IMG/VR virus record: IMGVR_UViG_2648501802_000003 | Origin: a virus | Lineage: Duplodnaviria; Heunggongvirae; Uroviricota; Caudoviricetes | Length of the DNA stretch: 47,423 nucleotides | Reading direction: 5' to 3' (one strand) | Part shown: one piece after another, positions 35,486 through 44,576 of the stretch | How the letters are laid out: each line of letters starts with the position of its first letter | Numbering within the stretch: the stretch's first letter is position 1 | Program-made: the position numbers and the translations under genes | The notes under the pieces: generated by a model | The model's input: the letters and a program-made list of their open reading frames with translations, nothing else | Told to the model about the DNA's origin: nothing | Database searches by the model: none

Positions 35486-35949
35486 AAAAACCTCTTTGTT
35501 ATGACCTATCGTTATTTTATTTGATATTCCTTTATCTCATTATGCATAAAGGCGCAATGTTTATGCAAAAGCAATCACAATTGTACCCCCAACCCAATTA
35601 TTTGCCACAATATACACAAAGCACATTGATACTATCTAAAAACTCTGCTTTATTATTAGTAATACCTACGAAAGTCGGTGTTATTTTTTAACCTACCATT
35701 CAAAATACGTGACATACACCATTTTGCTCATAATAATTTGTCACGTATTTTCAGTATTTGAATCTGCGACCAAGAGTTCTCACCTAACAAATGATTAAGA
35801 TTGTATAGCTCATTTACTACCCCAATACAGCCGTACAAAACTCGCTTGTGGGAGCAAACAAAGTAATTACCCATTAAGTTTCGTCAAAGATAATTAATTC
35901 TGTCTTGCACTTTATCACCATAGCATAACTTAAAATCCGAGATCATTAT

Positions 35950-37476
35950 TTAGAAATAAATCTCACCATCAACCATATATTTGAGAGCACTTATCGCCTG
36001 CTGGGCGGATATTACTTTCATTAAAGGATAGTGTTTAAAAACAATGCCATTCATAAAATAGATATCACAGGTTTTATTATCCGTATTAATTATGATTTTT
36101 TCGAATGTTTTATAGGCAAGTGTACGGCATAACTCTCGTCCATTTTTACTGGTTAAGTCAATAGCATAAAAATCACTGAATGAATTTACACCTTTACTCT
36201 TCAAAGTTTTCAATGATACCGAAGCCCTTCGTAATTCCTTATCTAATAGTCTTATTTTCTCTGCTATAGCGGTAACTTCAGGCGCGACAGACAATGCAAC
36301 GATTAAATTATTAATTTTCATCTGAAGCTCAATAATTTTTAACTCTAAAGTTTCATTAGCATCTTTCTTGTTTTCAACTGGTTGAATTTTGCTACAATTA
36401 AAAAGCAATTCATTAATGATATTATAATCAACCAAATCTCTTTTTATTGATGGCCTGTCACATCGATGTAATCTTCTCATCGGACAAACATAATAGCCAT
36501 GCAAACTTCCAGATACCGCATGAACAATCATGGTATTACCACAAGCCTCACACTTCATAACTGTTCGAAGTAGATTTATTAGCATAGGATTCTTGCTACT
36601 ATTGCTAATACCAAAAGGTGCCAACCGAATTTCCTGTACAGCGTAAAACAAATCATCTGATATAACTCTGGGATAATAGCCAGCGATTTCACTTATCCCT
36701 TTCCCTCTTGCACGATATGAAGGTACGCATATACCTATCAGAGCTTTATTCGCTAATAATTTTTCAATTACAGAAGGTCCCCATGCACTTTCTTTTCCTG
36801 AGAAATTCTTTACAGCATGATCATTTAAATACTTGGCTATTGCATTCAATGAGCGCCTTTCCATCCTGAGTTTAAAAATTAGCTCAATAGTTTTCACCCT
36901 GTCGGGGTCTGGAACAAAAGCCGTTCTTTTGTCATCTAAGGAGAGCCATCTCGGACAAGACGCCGTCATAATCGTACCTGATTCCATTGCATCCTGCCGT
37001 TTTTTCTTCCATGATAATTTAACCCGACTTGACTTTATCTCGCTTTCTTCATTTGCCCTTTGTGCTATAAGTATGGCTTTTATTAATGAATATGGCTCAT
37101 TCAAAGAGTCAATATTATAGACTGTATTGTCGCAAAGAGTTATAACATCAATACCGTGATTCAAAATCAATTTCAGACGTTCAATCGCTTCACCGACTTT
37201 TTCTCTTGAAAGTCTGTCCAGACTTTCAACTAACAATGTAGTTCCTGGCAATATATAACCATGCTCTATAGCATCTAAAAATTCCGAAAAAGCTCCTGAT
37301 TGTGCATGCTTTCCTTTGAATGCACTTAATCCTAAATCTTCATATGTTATGGTATCAAGATAATAATCACTATTTACCTTTAACCATTCAGCAATAAGTC
37401 TTCTCTGTCGGTTTAATGAGTCACCAGACATCTGACCTGGTGATGAAAATCGCATATATGCTATGGCTTTTTTCAT
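35950..37476 (-). CDS. ybcK: Large serine recombinase (YbcK-like)
   Basis: 508-aa ORF; N-terminal resolvase-type catalytic region (AIAYMRFSSPGQ...), central recombinase domain and Cys-cluster zinc ribbon (CPRWLS...CEACGNT...YYVCPMRRLHRCDRP). Confidence 0.8.
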   Translation of the reverse strand: MKKAIAYMRFSSPGQMSGDSLNRQRRLIAEWLKVNSDYYLDTITYEDLGLSAFKGKHAQSGAFSEFLDAIEHGYILPGTTLLVESLDRLSREKVGEAIERLKLILNHGIDVITLCDNTVYNIDSLNEPYSLIKAILIAQRANEESEIKSSRVKLSWKKKRQDAMESGTIMTASCPRWLSLDDKRTAFVPDPDRVKTIELIFKLRMERRSLNAIAKYLNDHAVKNFSGKESAWGPSVIEKLLANKALIGICVPSYRARGKGISEIAGYYPRVISDDLFYAVQEIRLAPFGISNSSKNPMLINLLRTVMKCEACGNTMIVHAVSGSLHGYYVCPMRRLHRCDRPSIKRDLVDYNIINELLFNCSKIQPVENKKDANETLELKIIELQMKINNLIVALSVAPEVTAIAEKIRLLDKELRRASVSLKTLKSKGVNSFSDFYAIDLTSKNGRELCRTLAYKTFEKIIINTDNKTCDIYFMNGIVFKHYPLMKVISAQQAISALKYMVDGEIYF

Positions 37477-37730
37477 GGTGACACCTGCTAACGTATGCTT
37501 TTATAAACCTTAGTGGTGGGATATAATTTTTGTTTAATTTTTATTTAAAAAGACAATTAAGGTCACATTATCTTGAATATACAACAATAATCGTATTGCA
37601 ATTTTCTTACGCCATAATCTTGAAAGCACAAAAGAATACATAAAAAATAAAGACATTAACAAAAAGCATAAAACGAGGCTCATATAAATATAAGAGCCTC
37701 CATATTTTAGTCGTTTAGAAACAAATTATT

Positions 37731-38063
37731 TTAATGTGGTGTGCTTCGTGACAATAAATTAATAACCAACACACCGGCACAAATCAACATCATGCCTATA
37801 ATGGCTGGCAGGTCCAGCCGTTGGCCGAAAAATCCCCATGACAGTAAACTAATCAGGACAATACCGACTCCTGACCAGATAGCATAAGCAATCCCTGTAG
37901 GAATATAAGCCAGCGTCTGAGCTAATAACCAGAATGATGCACAATAACAAATAATTGTACCAACAGATGGCCATAACCGTGTAAAACCTTCTGAAAACTT
38001 CATTAAGGTTGTACCAATGACCTCTGCAAGTATTGCACCACCAAGATAAATATAAGGGTTCAT
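37731..38063 (-). CDS. emrE: Small multidrug resistance efflux transporter EmrE
   Basis: Track ORF 37731..38117; from ATG 38063 the 110-aa product MNPYIYLGGAILAEVIGTTLMKFSEGFTRLWPSVGTIICYCASFWLLAQTLAYIPTGIAYAIWSGVGIVLISLLSWGFFGQRLDLPAIIGMMLICAGVLVINLLSRSTPH matches recalled E. coli EmrE. Confidence 0.9.
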   Translation of the reverse strand: MNPYIYLGGAILAEVIGTTLMKFSEGFTRLWPSVGTIICYCASFWLLAQTLAYIPTGIAYAIWSGVGIVLISLLSWGFFGQRLDLPAIIGMMLICAGVLVINLLSRSTPH

Positions 38064-38130
38064 AGCATATTCTTTCCTGTTCAAACTGGAGAGAATTGTA
38101 CTACAGTTTGAACTCAACTCACCTGTTTCA

Positions 38131-38433
38131 TCATTGTGTTCCCATTGATGTTCTTTTATATACCCTCAATACCCGTTTCATCGCGACACTCTGGCGACAC
38201 TCCTTAAAAATCAGATTCGTGCTCACCTTTCCTTCCCGTTCTTCTCTGGTAGCGAACCGGTAATACACCGTTCGCCAGACCTTACCATCAACGACCAGGA
38301 TTCCTGCCCGCGCCATTTTAGCCGCAGCCTGATTTATGCTGGTTACGGTTGCGCCTGTTACCGCGGCAACGTCCTGTGCACAGAAGCTCTTATGCGTCCC
38401 CAGGTAATGAATAATTGCCTCTTTGCCCGTCAT
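38131..38433 (-). CDS. ren: Ren protein (Rex exclusion escape)
   Basis: 100-aa ORF MTGKEAIIHYLGTHKSFCAQDVAAVTGATVTSINQAAAKMARAGILVVDGKVWRTVYYRFATREEREGK... matches recalled lambda Ren. Confidence 0.8.
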   Translation of the reverse strand: MTGKEAIIHYLGTHKSFCAQDVAAVTGATVTSINQAAAKMARAGILVVDGKVWRTVYYRFATREEREGKVSTNLIFKECRQSVAMKRVLRVYKRTSMGTQ

Positions 38434-39131
38434 ACACTTGCTCCTTTCAGTCCGAATTTAGCTTTAATTTCTGCGATCTTCGCCAGAGCCTGTGCACGAT
38501 TTAGAGGTCTACCGCCCATAACAGGAAGTTGTTTTACTGGTTCAGGTATCGTCTCACCACGGTTAATTCGCGCTGTCATACAGGTCAGTTCATCGGCAGC
38601 CTTGCGCCGTAATTCCGCGTCAGTCAGCGCATTGGCCCGCATGTTCTGGTACAAGTTGGTAACCAACCAGTAATGCGCGTTCGATTTCCACGGATAAGAC
38701 TCTGCATCCGGATACAGGCCACGCTTCCGGCAATACTCGTAAACCATATCAACCAGCTCGCTGACGTTTGGCAGCCCGGCGTTAACAGATGCTTCTTCCC
38801 GGCACCAGGCGACAAACTGCCCGGGTGATGGCAGGAATGGTCGATTCTGCCGACGGGCTACGCGCATTCCAGCGTTAACCTGTTCCATTGTGGTGATCCC
38901 GTTTTCCCGGAAAGCCAGAACCCACTGGCGGCGGATTTCGTTCAGTTCATTCTGGTCACGGTTAGCCAGGCTCGCCGGGAAAGTTGCCAGTAACTGGCTT
39001 AACACACCGTTGATGATCTGCGCTACCTGCTGTACCTGTGGCTTTTCGTCGTACTGTTCCGGCATGTTGTTGGCGATCCGGCGCATCTGCTCACAGTCAA
39101 AGTTAACCATCTGTGCGGCGATGTTTTTCAT
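38430..39131 (-). CDS. P: Replication protein P (DnaB helicase loader)
   Basis: 233-aa ORF MKNIAAQMVNFDCEQMRRIANNMPEQYDEKPQVQQVAQIINGV... nearly identical to recalled lambda P. Confidence 0.9.
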   Translation of the reverse strand: MKNIAAQMVNFDCEQMRRIANNMPEQYDEKPQVQQVAQIINGVLSQLLATFPASLANRDQNELNEIRRQWVLAFRENGITTMEQVNAGMRVARRQNRPFLPSPGQFVAWCREEASVNAGLPNVSELVDMVYEYCRKRGLYPDAESYPWKSNAHYWLVTNLYQNMRANALTDAELRRKAADELTCMTARINRGETIPEPVKQLPVMGGRPLNRAQALAKIAEIKAKFGLKGASV

Positions 39132-40057
39132 AGCTCCACCCCGTAAATCCAGTCAGTGTTCGTCAGGTCGAGTTTTGGTTTGCCGGCTGTCACGCCAGCC
39201 TGTTGCTTGTTTCGGTTGATTTCGAGCTGGGTCCACTTGTCGCGGAGTTTGGCCGGACTTAGCACGTTACCGGACCAGAAGTTGTCCTGGCATGCCCAGC
39301 GGAACAGCACGCACATGTCGCGGTGGTTACGTCCGTCACGTTCACGCATCAGGCGGATATCGTTAGCCCACCCTGCAAAATTCGGTTTTCTGGCTGATGG
39401 CGCGATGGTCTTCACCATGTCAAACATCCACTCTGCGGCGGTCAGGTCTTCTGCTGTCCCCCACTTGCTGCCGCTCTGAATTGCAGCATCCGGTTTCACC
39501 ACAGGAAGATCGTTTTCTGGTTGGTCAGAGGATTCGCCAGAATTCTCGGACGAAAAAGGTTTTATATTGTCTTTTGTTAGTTTGTCTTTTGTGTTTACCT
39601 GATTCGGGTAAACGCCTTTACCTGATTTGGGTAAACTTTTTTTACCTGATTCAGGTAAATTTACCTCTTTCAGGTAAACTTTATTTTTCTTACCTGATTC
39701 GGGTAATGTTGACCATTCACTGACCACATTATTAATGCCGGTATTCCGCCCGCTCTGAATAAAAATCCCACGCTTTACCAGAACACTTTTTGCAGCAGAA
39801 CACTTGTGCGGCAATATCCCGGTTAATTCGGAAAGTTGCTCGTTGCTAACCCAATCCAGTTTTTTATTAAAGCCATATGTTTTGCGCATGACAGCCAGAA
39901 AGACCAGAAGCTGGTGCTGTGTTAATCCGGCCAGCATCACAGCTTCCAGCAACTCATTTGCAATGCGCGTATAACCATCATCGAGATCTGCCACGCGCGG
40001 CTCCTTTTGTGCCGCATCCGGCACTGGAAAATTGAATATCTCAGCAGTGTTTGCCAT
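39128..40057 (-). CDS. O: Replication initiator O (iteron-binding)
   Basis: Track ORF 39128..40147; probable start ATG 40057 with RBS GGGAGGA (MANTAEIFNFPVPDAAQKEPRVADLDDGY...); lambda-O-like N-terminal domain; ori iterons lie inside the gene. Confidence 0.8.
   Translation of the reverse strand: MANTAEIFNFPVPDAAQKEPRVADLDDGYTRIANELLEAVMLAGLTQHQLLVFLAVMRKTYGFNKKLDWVSNEQLSELTGILPHKCSAAKSVLVKRGIFIQSGRNTGINNVVSEWSTLPESGKKNKVYLKEVNLPESGKKSLPKSGKGVYPNQVNTKDKLTKDNIKPFSSENSGESSDQPENDLPVVKPDAAIQSGSKWGTAEDLTAAEWMFDMVKTIAPSARKPNFAGWANDIRLMRERDGRNHRDMCVLFRWACQDNFWSGNVLSPAKLRDKWTQLEINRNKQQAGVTAGKPKLDLTNTDWIYGVEL
39595..39708. repeat. Origin of replication iterons (about five ~19-20 bp direct repeats, consensus TTACCTGATTYGGGTAAAC) within O
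   Basis: Repeats seen at about 39595, 39617, 39642, 39661 and 39690, with an adjacent AT-rich stretch; they encode the repeated LPESGKK peptide in O. Confidence 0.65.
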
Positions 40058-40143
40058 AATTCCTCCCGCAATGAGTGTGTTACGATTTGCACCTGAAAGT
40101 CGGTTCTGTTCCAGCAGACCGGCTTTCGCCATTTCTGAACCTG

Positions 40144-40683
40144 TCATATCGCCCCCAGCATGGTAGTAACCATCGCCATCAATGGACCAGCCAGATCTGG
40201 GTCCACACGAAACATCGACACAATACCTTCACTAATTTCCTTCAGTTTCTGGTGGCGTGGTGCGTTGAGAATGACAGCCTGTTTTGCCTCACTGAGTTCC
40301 TTTTCCATTTCAGCCAACCTAGCCATGAAGCTATCCTGCTCAACCAGGTAACCGCGATATTCCAGCGGTAGTACCGCCAGAATTGCCGGGGTCAGTTCAC
40401 GCACGTTATTTCGGTATTTTTCAGAATCGAATTTGTTATCGAGGAAGCGGAACAGCTTCTGGCGTGCACGGCTGACATCATCAGGGAAATCGATGGTGCC
40501 GCCGCCCTGCTCCCGATACTCATTCACAATGAGTGTGGCAACGACATCCTGATTATCTACAGCCGACCAGGCGCGGACGGCATCACGGATTTTTTCGTGG
40601 CCTGGCACCTGTTTTGTTTGAGAACGATTTATCACCGCAGTCGGGCTAAATCCGCTAGTCTGTTGGTATGTAAGTGGTTGCAT
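40144..40683 (-). CDS. CII-position regulatory protein (possibly CP76/CII-like family), 179 aa
   Basis: ORF between cro and O where lambda has cII; family assignment is from vague recollection only. Confidence 0.45.
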   Translation of the reverse strand: MQPLTYQQTSGFSPTAVINRSQTKQVPGHEKIRDAVRAWSAVDNQDVVATLIVNEYREQGGGTIDFPDDVSRARQKLFRFLDNKFDSEKYRNNVRELTPAILAVLPLEYRGYLVEQDSFMARLAEMEKELSEAKQAVILNAPRHQKLKEISEGIVSMFRVDPDLAGPLMAMVTTMLGAI

Positions 40684-40728
40684 AATTGCTCCTTTAGTTT
40701 GAATTGACTGTTAAGTTGATTGCTTATT

Positions 40729-40739
40729 GTTAAAGAGCG
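40729..40739 (-). promoter_or_regulatory. boxA-like element (CGCTCTTTAAC on the minus strand) at the nutR position
   Basis: Plus strand GTTAAAGAGCG between cro stop and the CII-like start; matches the boxA consensus CGCTCTT(T)A; no lambda-like boxB hairpin seen nearby. Confidence 0.4.
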
Positions 40740-40751
40740 TGAAATGGAAAT

Positions 40752-40982
40752 TTAAGCTGCGTTCTTTTCGGTGTGTGGAAACAACTTCGGAAGATCCGGG
40801 CGAATCTGGTATGCCTTCACTACTCCACCAGTAGCCGTAACAATGCTGCCGACATGTTCAGGGGATACCTTTGCTTTGTTGTGAAGCCACTTATAGACGG
40901 CCTGCTGTGAAACTTCGCAAGCAGCGCCCAGTTTCTTTTGTGAACCAACGATATTGATCGCTGTTTTGATAGCTGGGTTCAT
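40752..40982 (-). CDS. cro: Cro-like HTH repressor
   Basis: 76-aa ORF with HTH (SQKKLGAACEVSQQAVYKWL); RBS GGAGG; divergent from cI across an operator-containing intergenic region. Confidence 0.75.
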   Translation of the reverse strand: MNPAIKTAINIVGSQKKLGAACEVSQQAVYKWLHNKAKVSPEHVGSIVTATGGVVKAYQIRPDLPKLFPHTEKNAA

Positions 40983-41086
40983 AACAACCTCCGTGGTTAA
41001 TTTGAATCAAGATTAAAACTATGGTTGTTTTTAGTCAACAACCATTTTCGTTTGATGGAATAAAACCTTGGTTGTACATTTGGACT
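40983..41086. promoter_or_regulatory. oR-like operator/promoter region (divergent pR and pRM equivalents)
   Basis: Inverted repeat ATGGTTGTT-N7-AACAACCAT at 41021-41045 plus further AACAAC/GTTGTT motifs between divergent cro and cI. Confidence 0.55.
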
Positions 41087-41776
41087 ATGAAAACAACACT
41101 CTCAGAAAGACTTAAAGAAGCCAGATTAGCGCGAGGCCTTACACAAAAGGCGCTTGGGGATTTGGTCGGGGTTAGCCAGGCTGCTATTCAGAAAATCGAA
41201 ACAGGGAAAGCTAATCAAACAACTAAAATCGTGGAGATCGCGAACGCTTTGGGTGTGCGCGCAGAATGGTTATCTTCTGGCGTTGGAAATATGTCAGACA
41301 GTACAGTGCAACCAATACAATCAACTGTCAGCCATTCCAAATACTTCAAGATTGACGTTCTTGATATAGAAGTCAGTGCTGGGCCGGGAGTCATCAACCG
41401 TGAGTTTGTAGAAGTTCTACGCTCGGTTGAGTACTCGTTTGACGATGCTCGTCACATGTTCGATGGTAGGAAGGCGGAAAATATCCGCATCATTAACGTG
41501 CGTGGTGACAGCATGTCAGGAACGATCGAACCAGGTGATCTGCTGTTCGTTGATATCACAGTTAAATCTTTCGACGGTGATGGTATCTATGCGTTTCTGT
41601 ACGACGACACAGCCCATGTAAAGCGCCTGCAAATGATGAAGGATAAGCTGCTGGTCATCTCTGATAACAAAAGCTACTCACCGTGGGACCCGATCGAGAA
41701 AGACGAGATGAACCGGGTGTTCATCTTCGGTAAGGTTATTGGGAGCATGCCGCAGACATATAGGAAGCATGGGTAG
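41087..41776 (+). CDS. cI: CI-type prophage repressor (HTH plus S24 LexA-like autocleavage domain)
   Basis: Track ORF 41021..41776; likely start ATG 41087 (MKTTLSERLKEARLARGLTQKALGDLVGVSQAAIQKIETGK...); C-terminal part has the GDSM motif; no SD before 41087, consistent with a leaderless pRM-type transcript. Confidence 0.8.
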   Translation: MKTTLSERLKEARLARGLTQKALGDLVGVSQAAIQKIETGKANQTTKIVEIANALGVRAEWLSSGVGNMSDSTVQPIQSTVSHSKYFKIDVLDIEVSAGPGVINREFVEVLRSVEYSFDDARHMFDGRKAENIRIINVRGDSMSGTIEPGDLLFVDITVKSFDGDGIYAFLYDDTAHVKRLQMMKDKLLVISDNKSYSPWDPIEKDEMNRVFIFGKVIGSMPQTYRKHG

Positions 41777-41897
41777 TACCAATTAAAAATTATCAACTGG
41801 GCATTGTGCTCATTCAGTAAAGAACTAATTCCTATCTTTGCTCTAGGTAGTAATATTAAGCCACCGCAATAATATCTTTACCTAACGGCGTAAGAAT

Positions 41898-41925
41898 CCC
41901 GGTCACCGTGCCGGGTTTTCTTTTG
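41898..41925 (+). terminator. Rho-independent terminator candidate after cI
   Basis: Stem CCCGG / CCGGG with 8-nt loop followed by TTTTCTTTTG. Confidence 0.5.
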
Positions 41926-42051
41926 CCCTCCCCTCATCACACACACCGTTAAAAAAACCACCATAACCTCGCTTCAGTTATCGCTATGCGATTCAAGTCA
42001 CAAAATAAATCCATCCTAAATACAACCAGTTATATCTAAAGCAACCAATAA

Positions 42052-42094
42052 AACAACTTTTGTTGTTGACGATAAAACAACTATAGTTTTAAAT
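42052..42094 (+). promoter_or_regulatory. pL-like promoter with operator repeats (candidate -35 TTGACG 42066-42071, -10 TTAAAT 42089-42094)
   Basis: Palindrome AACAACTTTTGTTGTT at 42052-42067 overlapping the -35; additional AACAAC copies at 42076-42081 and about 42107-42112. Confidence 0.45.
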
Positions 42095-42287
42095 AAGTTC
42101 ATCGCAACAACACAACGATACGGCAACTACCTGATTCACCGTTGCGATGACCGCTTAGATCCGCAGTTTGAATTTCAGCAGGCTTCGGGGAGTGCGAGGG
42201 GTGAAACGGACGCGTGAACGTCGGTGTGACCAGCTGAAATTAACTCAACATTTCATACCTTAGTCGCTTCAACGAGGCGGCTTAGTT

Positions 42288-42578
42288 ATGACAACCGGCG
42301 GCCATCCACCGCCTGAATACGCGCAGAAGTCTCTATATGTTCAGCAGCCCAGCTTACGGGCAGGAGTTTTTATGGTTCATCAACATTATGGAACGCAGAC
42401 CGTTAATCGAGGTGCGGTCATGCCAGGAATGCTGGTCAAACACAAAGATGGTACCTGGACTGCATCAGCTAATTTACGCGGACGGCTTTATCTGCATCGC
42501 GGCATCGAGCGCACTTATACCCGTGATTTGCTCGTGGAAGTTTTTCTCGACGGACGCGGTAACGGCCTGAATCACTAA
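42288..42578 (+). CDS. Hypothetical protein at the N/kil position of the pL operon (alternative start ATG 42372 with strong RBS gives 68 aa)
   Basis: 96-aa ORF; no arginine-rich motif, so not a recognisable N; the internal ATG 42372 has AGGAG 5 nt upstream. Confidence 0.4.
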   Translation: MTTGGHPPPEYAQKSLYVQQPSLRAGVFMVHQHYGTQTVNRGAVMPGMLVKHKDGTWTASANLRGRLYLHRGIERTYTRDLLVEVFLDGRGNGLNH

Positions 42579-42653
42579 TCCCCTTTCCTGTTTTCCTAAT
42601 CAGCCTGGCATTTCGCGGGCGATATTTTCACAGCCATTTTCAGGAGGTCAGCC

Positions 42654-42950
42654 ATGAACGCTTATTACATTCAGGATCGTCTTGAGGCTCAGAGCTGGGC
42701 GCGTCACTACCAGCAGATCGCCCGTGAAGAGAAAGAGGCAGAACTGGCAGACGACATGGAAAAAGGCCTGCCCCAGCACCTGTTTGAATCGCTATGCATC
42801 GATCATTTGCAACGCCACGGGGCCAGCAAAAAAGCCATTACCCGTGCGTTTGATGACGATGTTGAGTTTCAGGAGCGCATGGCAGAACACATCCAGTACA
42901 TGGTTGAAACCATTGCTCACCACCAGGTTGATATTGATTCAGAGGTATAA
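42654..42950 (+). CDS. gam: Gam (RecBCD inhibitor), short isoform
   Basis: 98-aa [63 protein letters not shown]... matches recalled lambda GamS; RBS GGAGG. Confidence 0.9.
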   Translation: MNAYYIQDRLEAQSWARHYQQIAREEKEAELADDMEKGLPQHLFESLCIDHLQRHGASKKAITRAFDDDVEFQERMAEHIQYMVETIAHHQVDIDSEV

Positions 42951-42955
42951 AACGG

Positions 42956-43741
42956 ATGAGTACAGCACTCGCAACGCTGGCAGGGAAGCTGGCTGAACGT
43001 GTCGGCATGGATTCTGTCGACCCACAGGAACTGATCACCACTCTTCGCCAGACGGCATTTAAAGGTGATGCCAGCGATGCGCAGTTCATCGCATTGTTGA
43101 TCGTCGCCAACCAGTACGGCCTTAATCCGTGGACGAAAGAAATTTACGCCTTCCCTGATAAGCAGAACGGCATCGTTCCGGTGGTGGGCGTTGATGGCTG
43201 GTCCCGCATCATCAATGAAAACCAGCAGTTTGATGGCATGGACTTTGAGCAGGACAATGAATCCTGTACATGCCGGATTTACCGCAAGGACCGTAATCAT
43301 CCGATCTGCGTTACCGAATGGATGGATGAATGCCGCCGCGAACCATTCAAAACTCGCGAAGGCAGAGAAATCACGGGGCCGTGGCAGTCGCATCCCAAAC
43401 GGATGTTACGGCATAAAGCCATGATTCAGTGTGCCCGTCTGGCCTTCGGATTTGCTGGTATCTATGACAAGGATGAAGCCGAGCGCATTGTCGAAAATAC
43501 TGCATACACTGCAGAACGTCAGCCAGAACGCGACATCACTCCGGTTAACGATGAAACCATGCAGGAGATTAACACTCTGCTGATCGCCCTGGATAAAACA
43601 TGGGATGACGACTTATTGCCGCTCTGTTCCCAGATATTTCGCCGCGACATTCGCGCATCGTCAGAACTGACACAGGCCGAAGCAGTGAAAGCTCTTGGAT
43701 TCCTGAAACAGAAAGCCACTGAGCAGAAGGTGGCAGCATGA
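42956..43741 (+). CDS. bet: Bet (Red-beta single-strand annealing recombinase)
   Basis: 261-aa [69 protein letters not shown]... matches recalled lambda Bet. Confidence 0.95.
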   Translation: MSTALATLAGKLAERVGMDSVDPQELITTLRQTAFKGDASDAQFIALLIVANQYGLNPWTKEIYAFPDKQNGIVPVVGVDGWSRIINENQQFDGMDFEQDNESCTCRIYRKDRNHPICVTEWMDECRREPFKTREGREITGPWQSHPKRMLRHKAMIQCARLAFGFAGIYDKDEAERIVENTAYTAERQPERDITPVNDETMQEINTLLIALDKTWDDDLLPLCSQIFRRDIRASSELTQAEAVKALGFLKQKATEQKVAA

Positions 43742-44418
43742 CACCGGACATTATCCTGCAGCGTACCGGGATCGACGTGAGAGCTGTCGAACAGGGGGAT
43801 GATGCATGGCACAAATTACGGCTCGGCGTCATCACCGCTTCAGAAGTTCACAACGTGATAGCAAAGCCCCGCTCAGGAAAGAAGTGGCCTGACATGAAAA
43901 TGTCCTACTTCCACACCCTGCTGGCTGAGGTTTGCACCGGTGTGGCTCCGGAAGTTAATGCTAAGGCGCTGGCCTGGGGAAAACAGTACGAGAACGACGC
44001 CAGAACCCTGTTTGAATTCACTTCCGGCGTGAATGTTACTGAATCCCCGATCATCTATCGCGACGAAAGTATGCGCACCGCCTGCTCTCCCGATGGTTTA
44101 TGCAGTGACGGCAACGGCCTTGAACTGAAATGCCCGTTTACCTCCCGGGATTTCATGAAGTTCCGGCTCGGTGGTTTCGAGGCCATAAAATCGGCTTACA
44201 TGGCCCAGGTGCAGTACAGCATGTGGGTGACGCGAAAAGATGCCTGGTACTTTGCCAACTATGACCCGCGTATGAAGCGTGAAGGCCTGCATTATGTCGT
44301 GATTGAGCGGAATGAAAAGTACATGGCGAATTTTGACGAGATGGTGCCGGAGTTCATCGAAAAAATGGACGTGGCACTGGCTGAAATTGGTTTTGTATTT
44401 GGGGAGCAATGGCGATGA
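43738..44418 (+). CDS. exo: Exo (lambda exonuclease, Red-alpha)
   Basis: 226-aa [68 protein letters not shown]... matches recalled lambda Exo. Confidence 0.95.
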   Translation: MTPDIILQRTGIDVRAVEQGDDAWHKLRLGVITASEVHNVIAKPRSGKKWPDMKMSYFHTLLAEVCTGVAPEVNAKALAWGKQYENDARTLFEFTSGVNVTESPIIYRDESMRTACSPDGLCSDGNGLELKCPFTSRDFMKFRLGGFEAIKSAYMAQVQYSMWVTRKDAWYFANYDPRMKREGLHYVVIERNEKYMANFDEMVPEFIEKMDVALAEIGFVFGEQWR

Positions 44419-44576
44419 AGCATCCTCACGATAATATCCGGGTAGGCGCGATCACTTTCATCTACTCCGTTACAAAGCGAGGCTGGGTATTTCCCGGCCT
44501 TTCTGTTATCAGAAATCCACTGAAAGCACAGCGGCTGGCTGAGGCGATAAATAATAAACGGGGGCTGTATGACTGA
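44415..44576 (+). CDS. Small hypothetical protein (53 aa), translationally coupled to exo
   Basis: Hand-translated [53 protein letters not shown]; ATG overlaps exo stop (ATGA); RBS GGGGAG. Confidence 0.35.
   Translation: MKHPHDNIRVGAITFIYSVTKRGWVFPGLSVIRNPLKAQRLAEAINNKRGLYD

Noticed and set aside
39595-39708. Short direct repeats as a possible CRISPR array
   Set aside because: Only about five imperfect iterons without unique spacers, located inside the replication initiator gene; classic lambdoid ori.
42337-42570. Alternative 77-aa frame overlapping the ORF at 42288..42578
   Set aside because: No ribosome-binding site at either candidate start, whereas the other frame has AGGAG correctly spaced before ATG 42372; kept only as a possibility.
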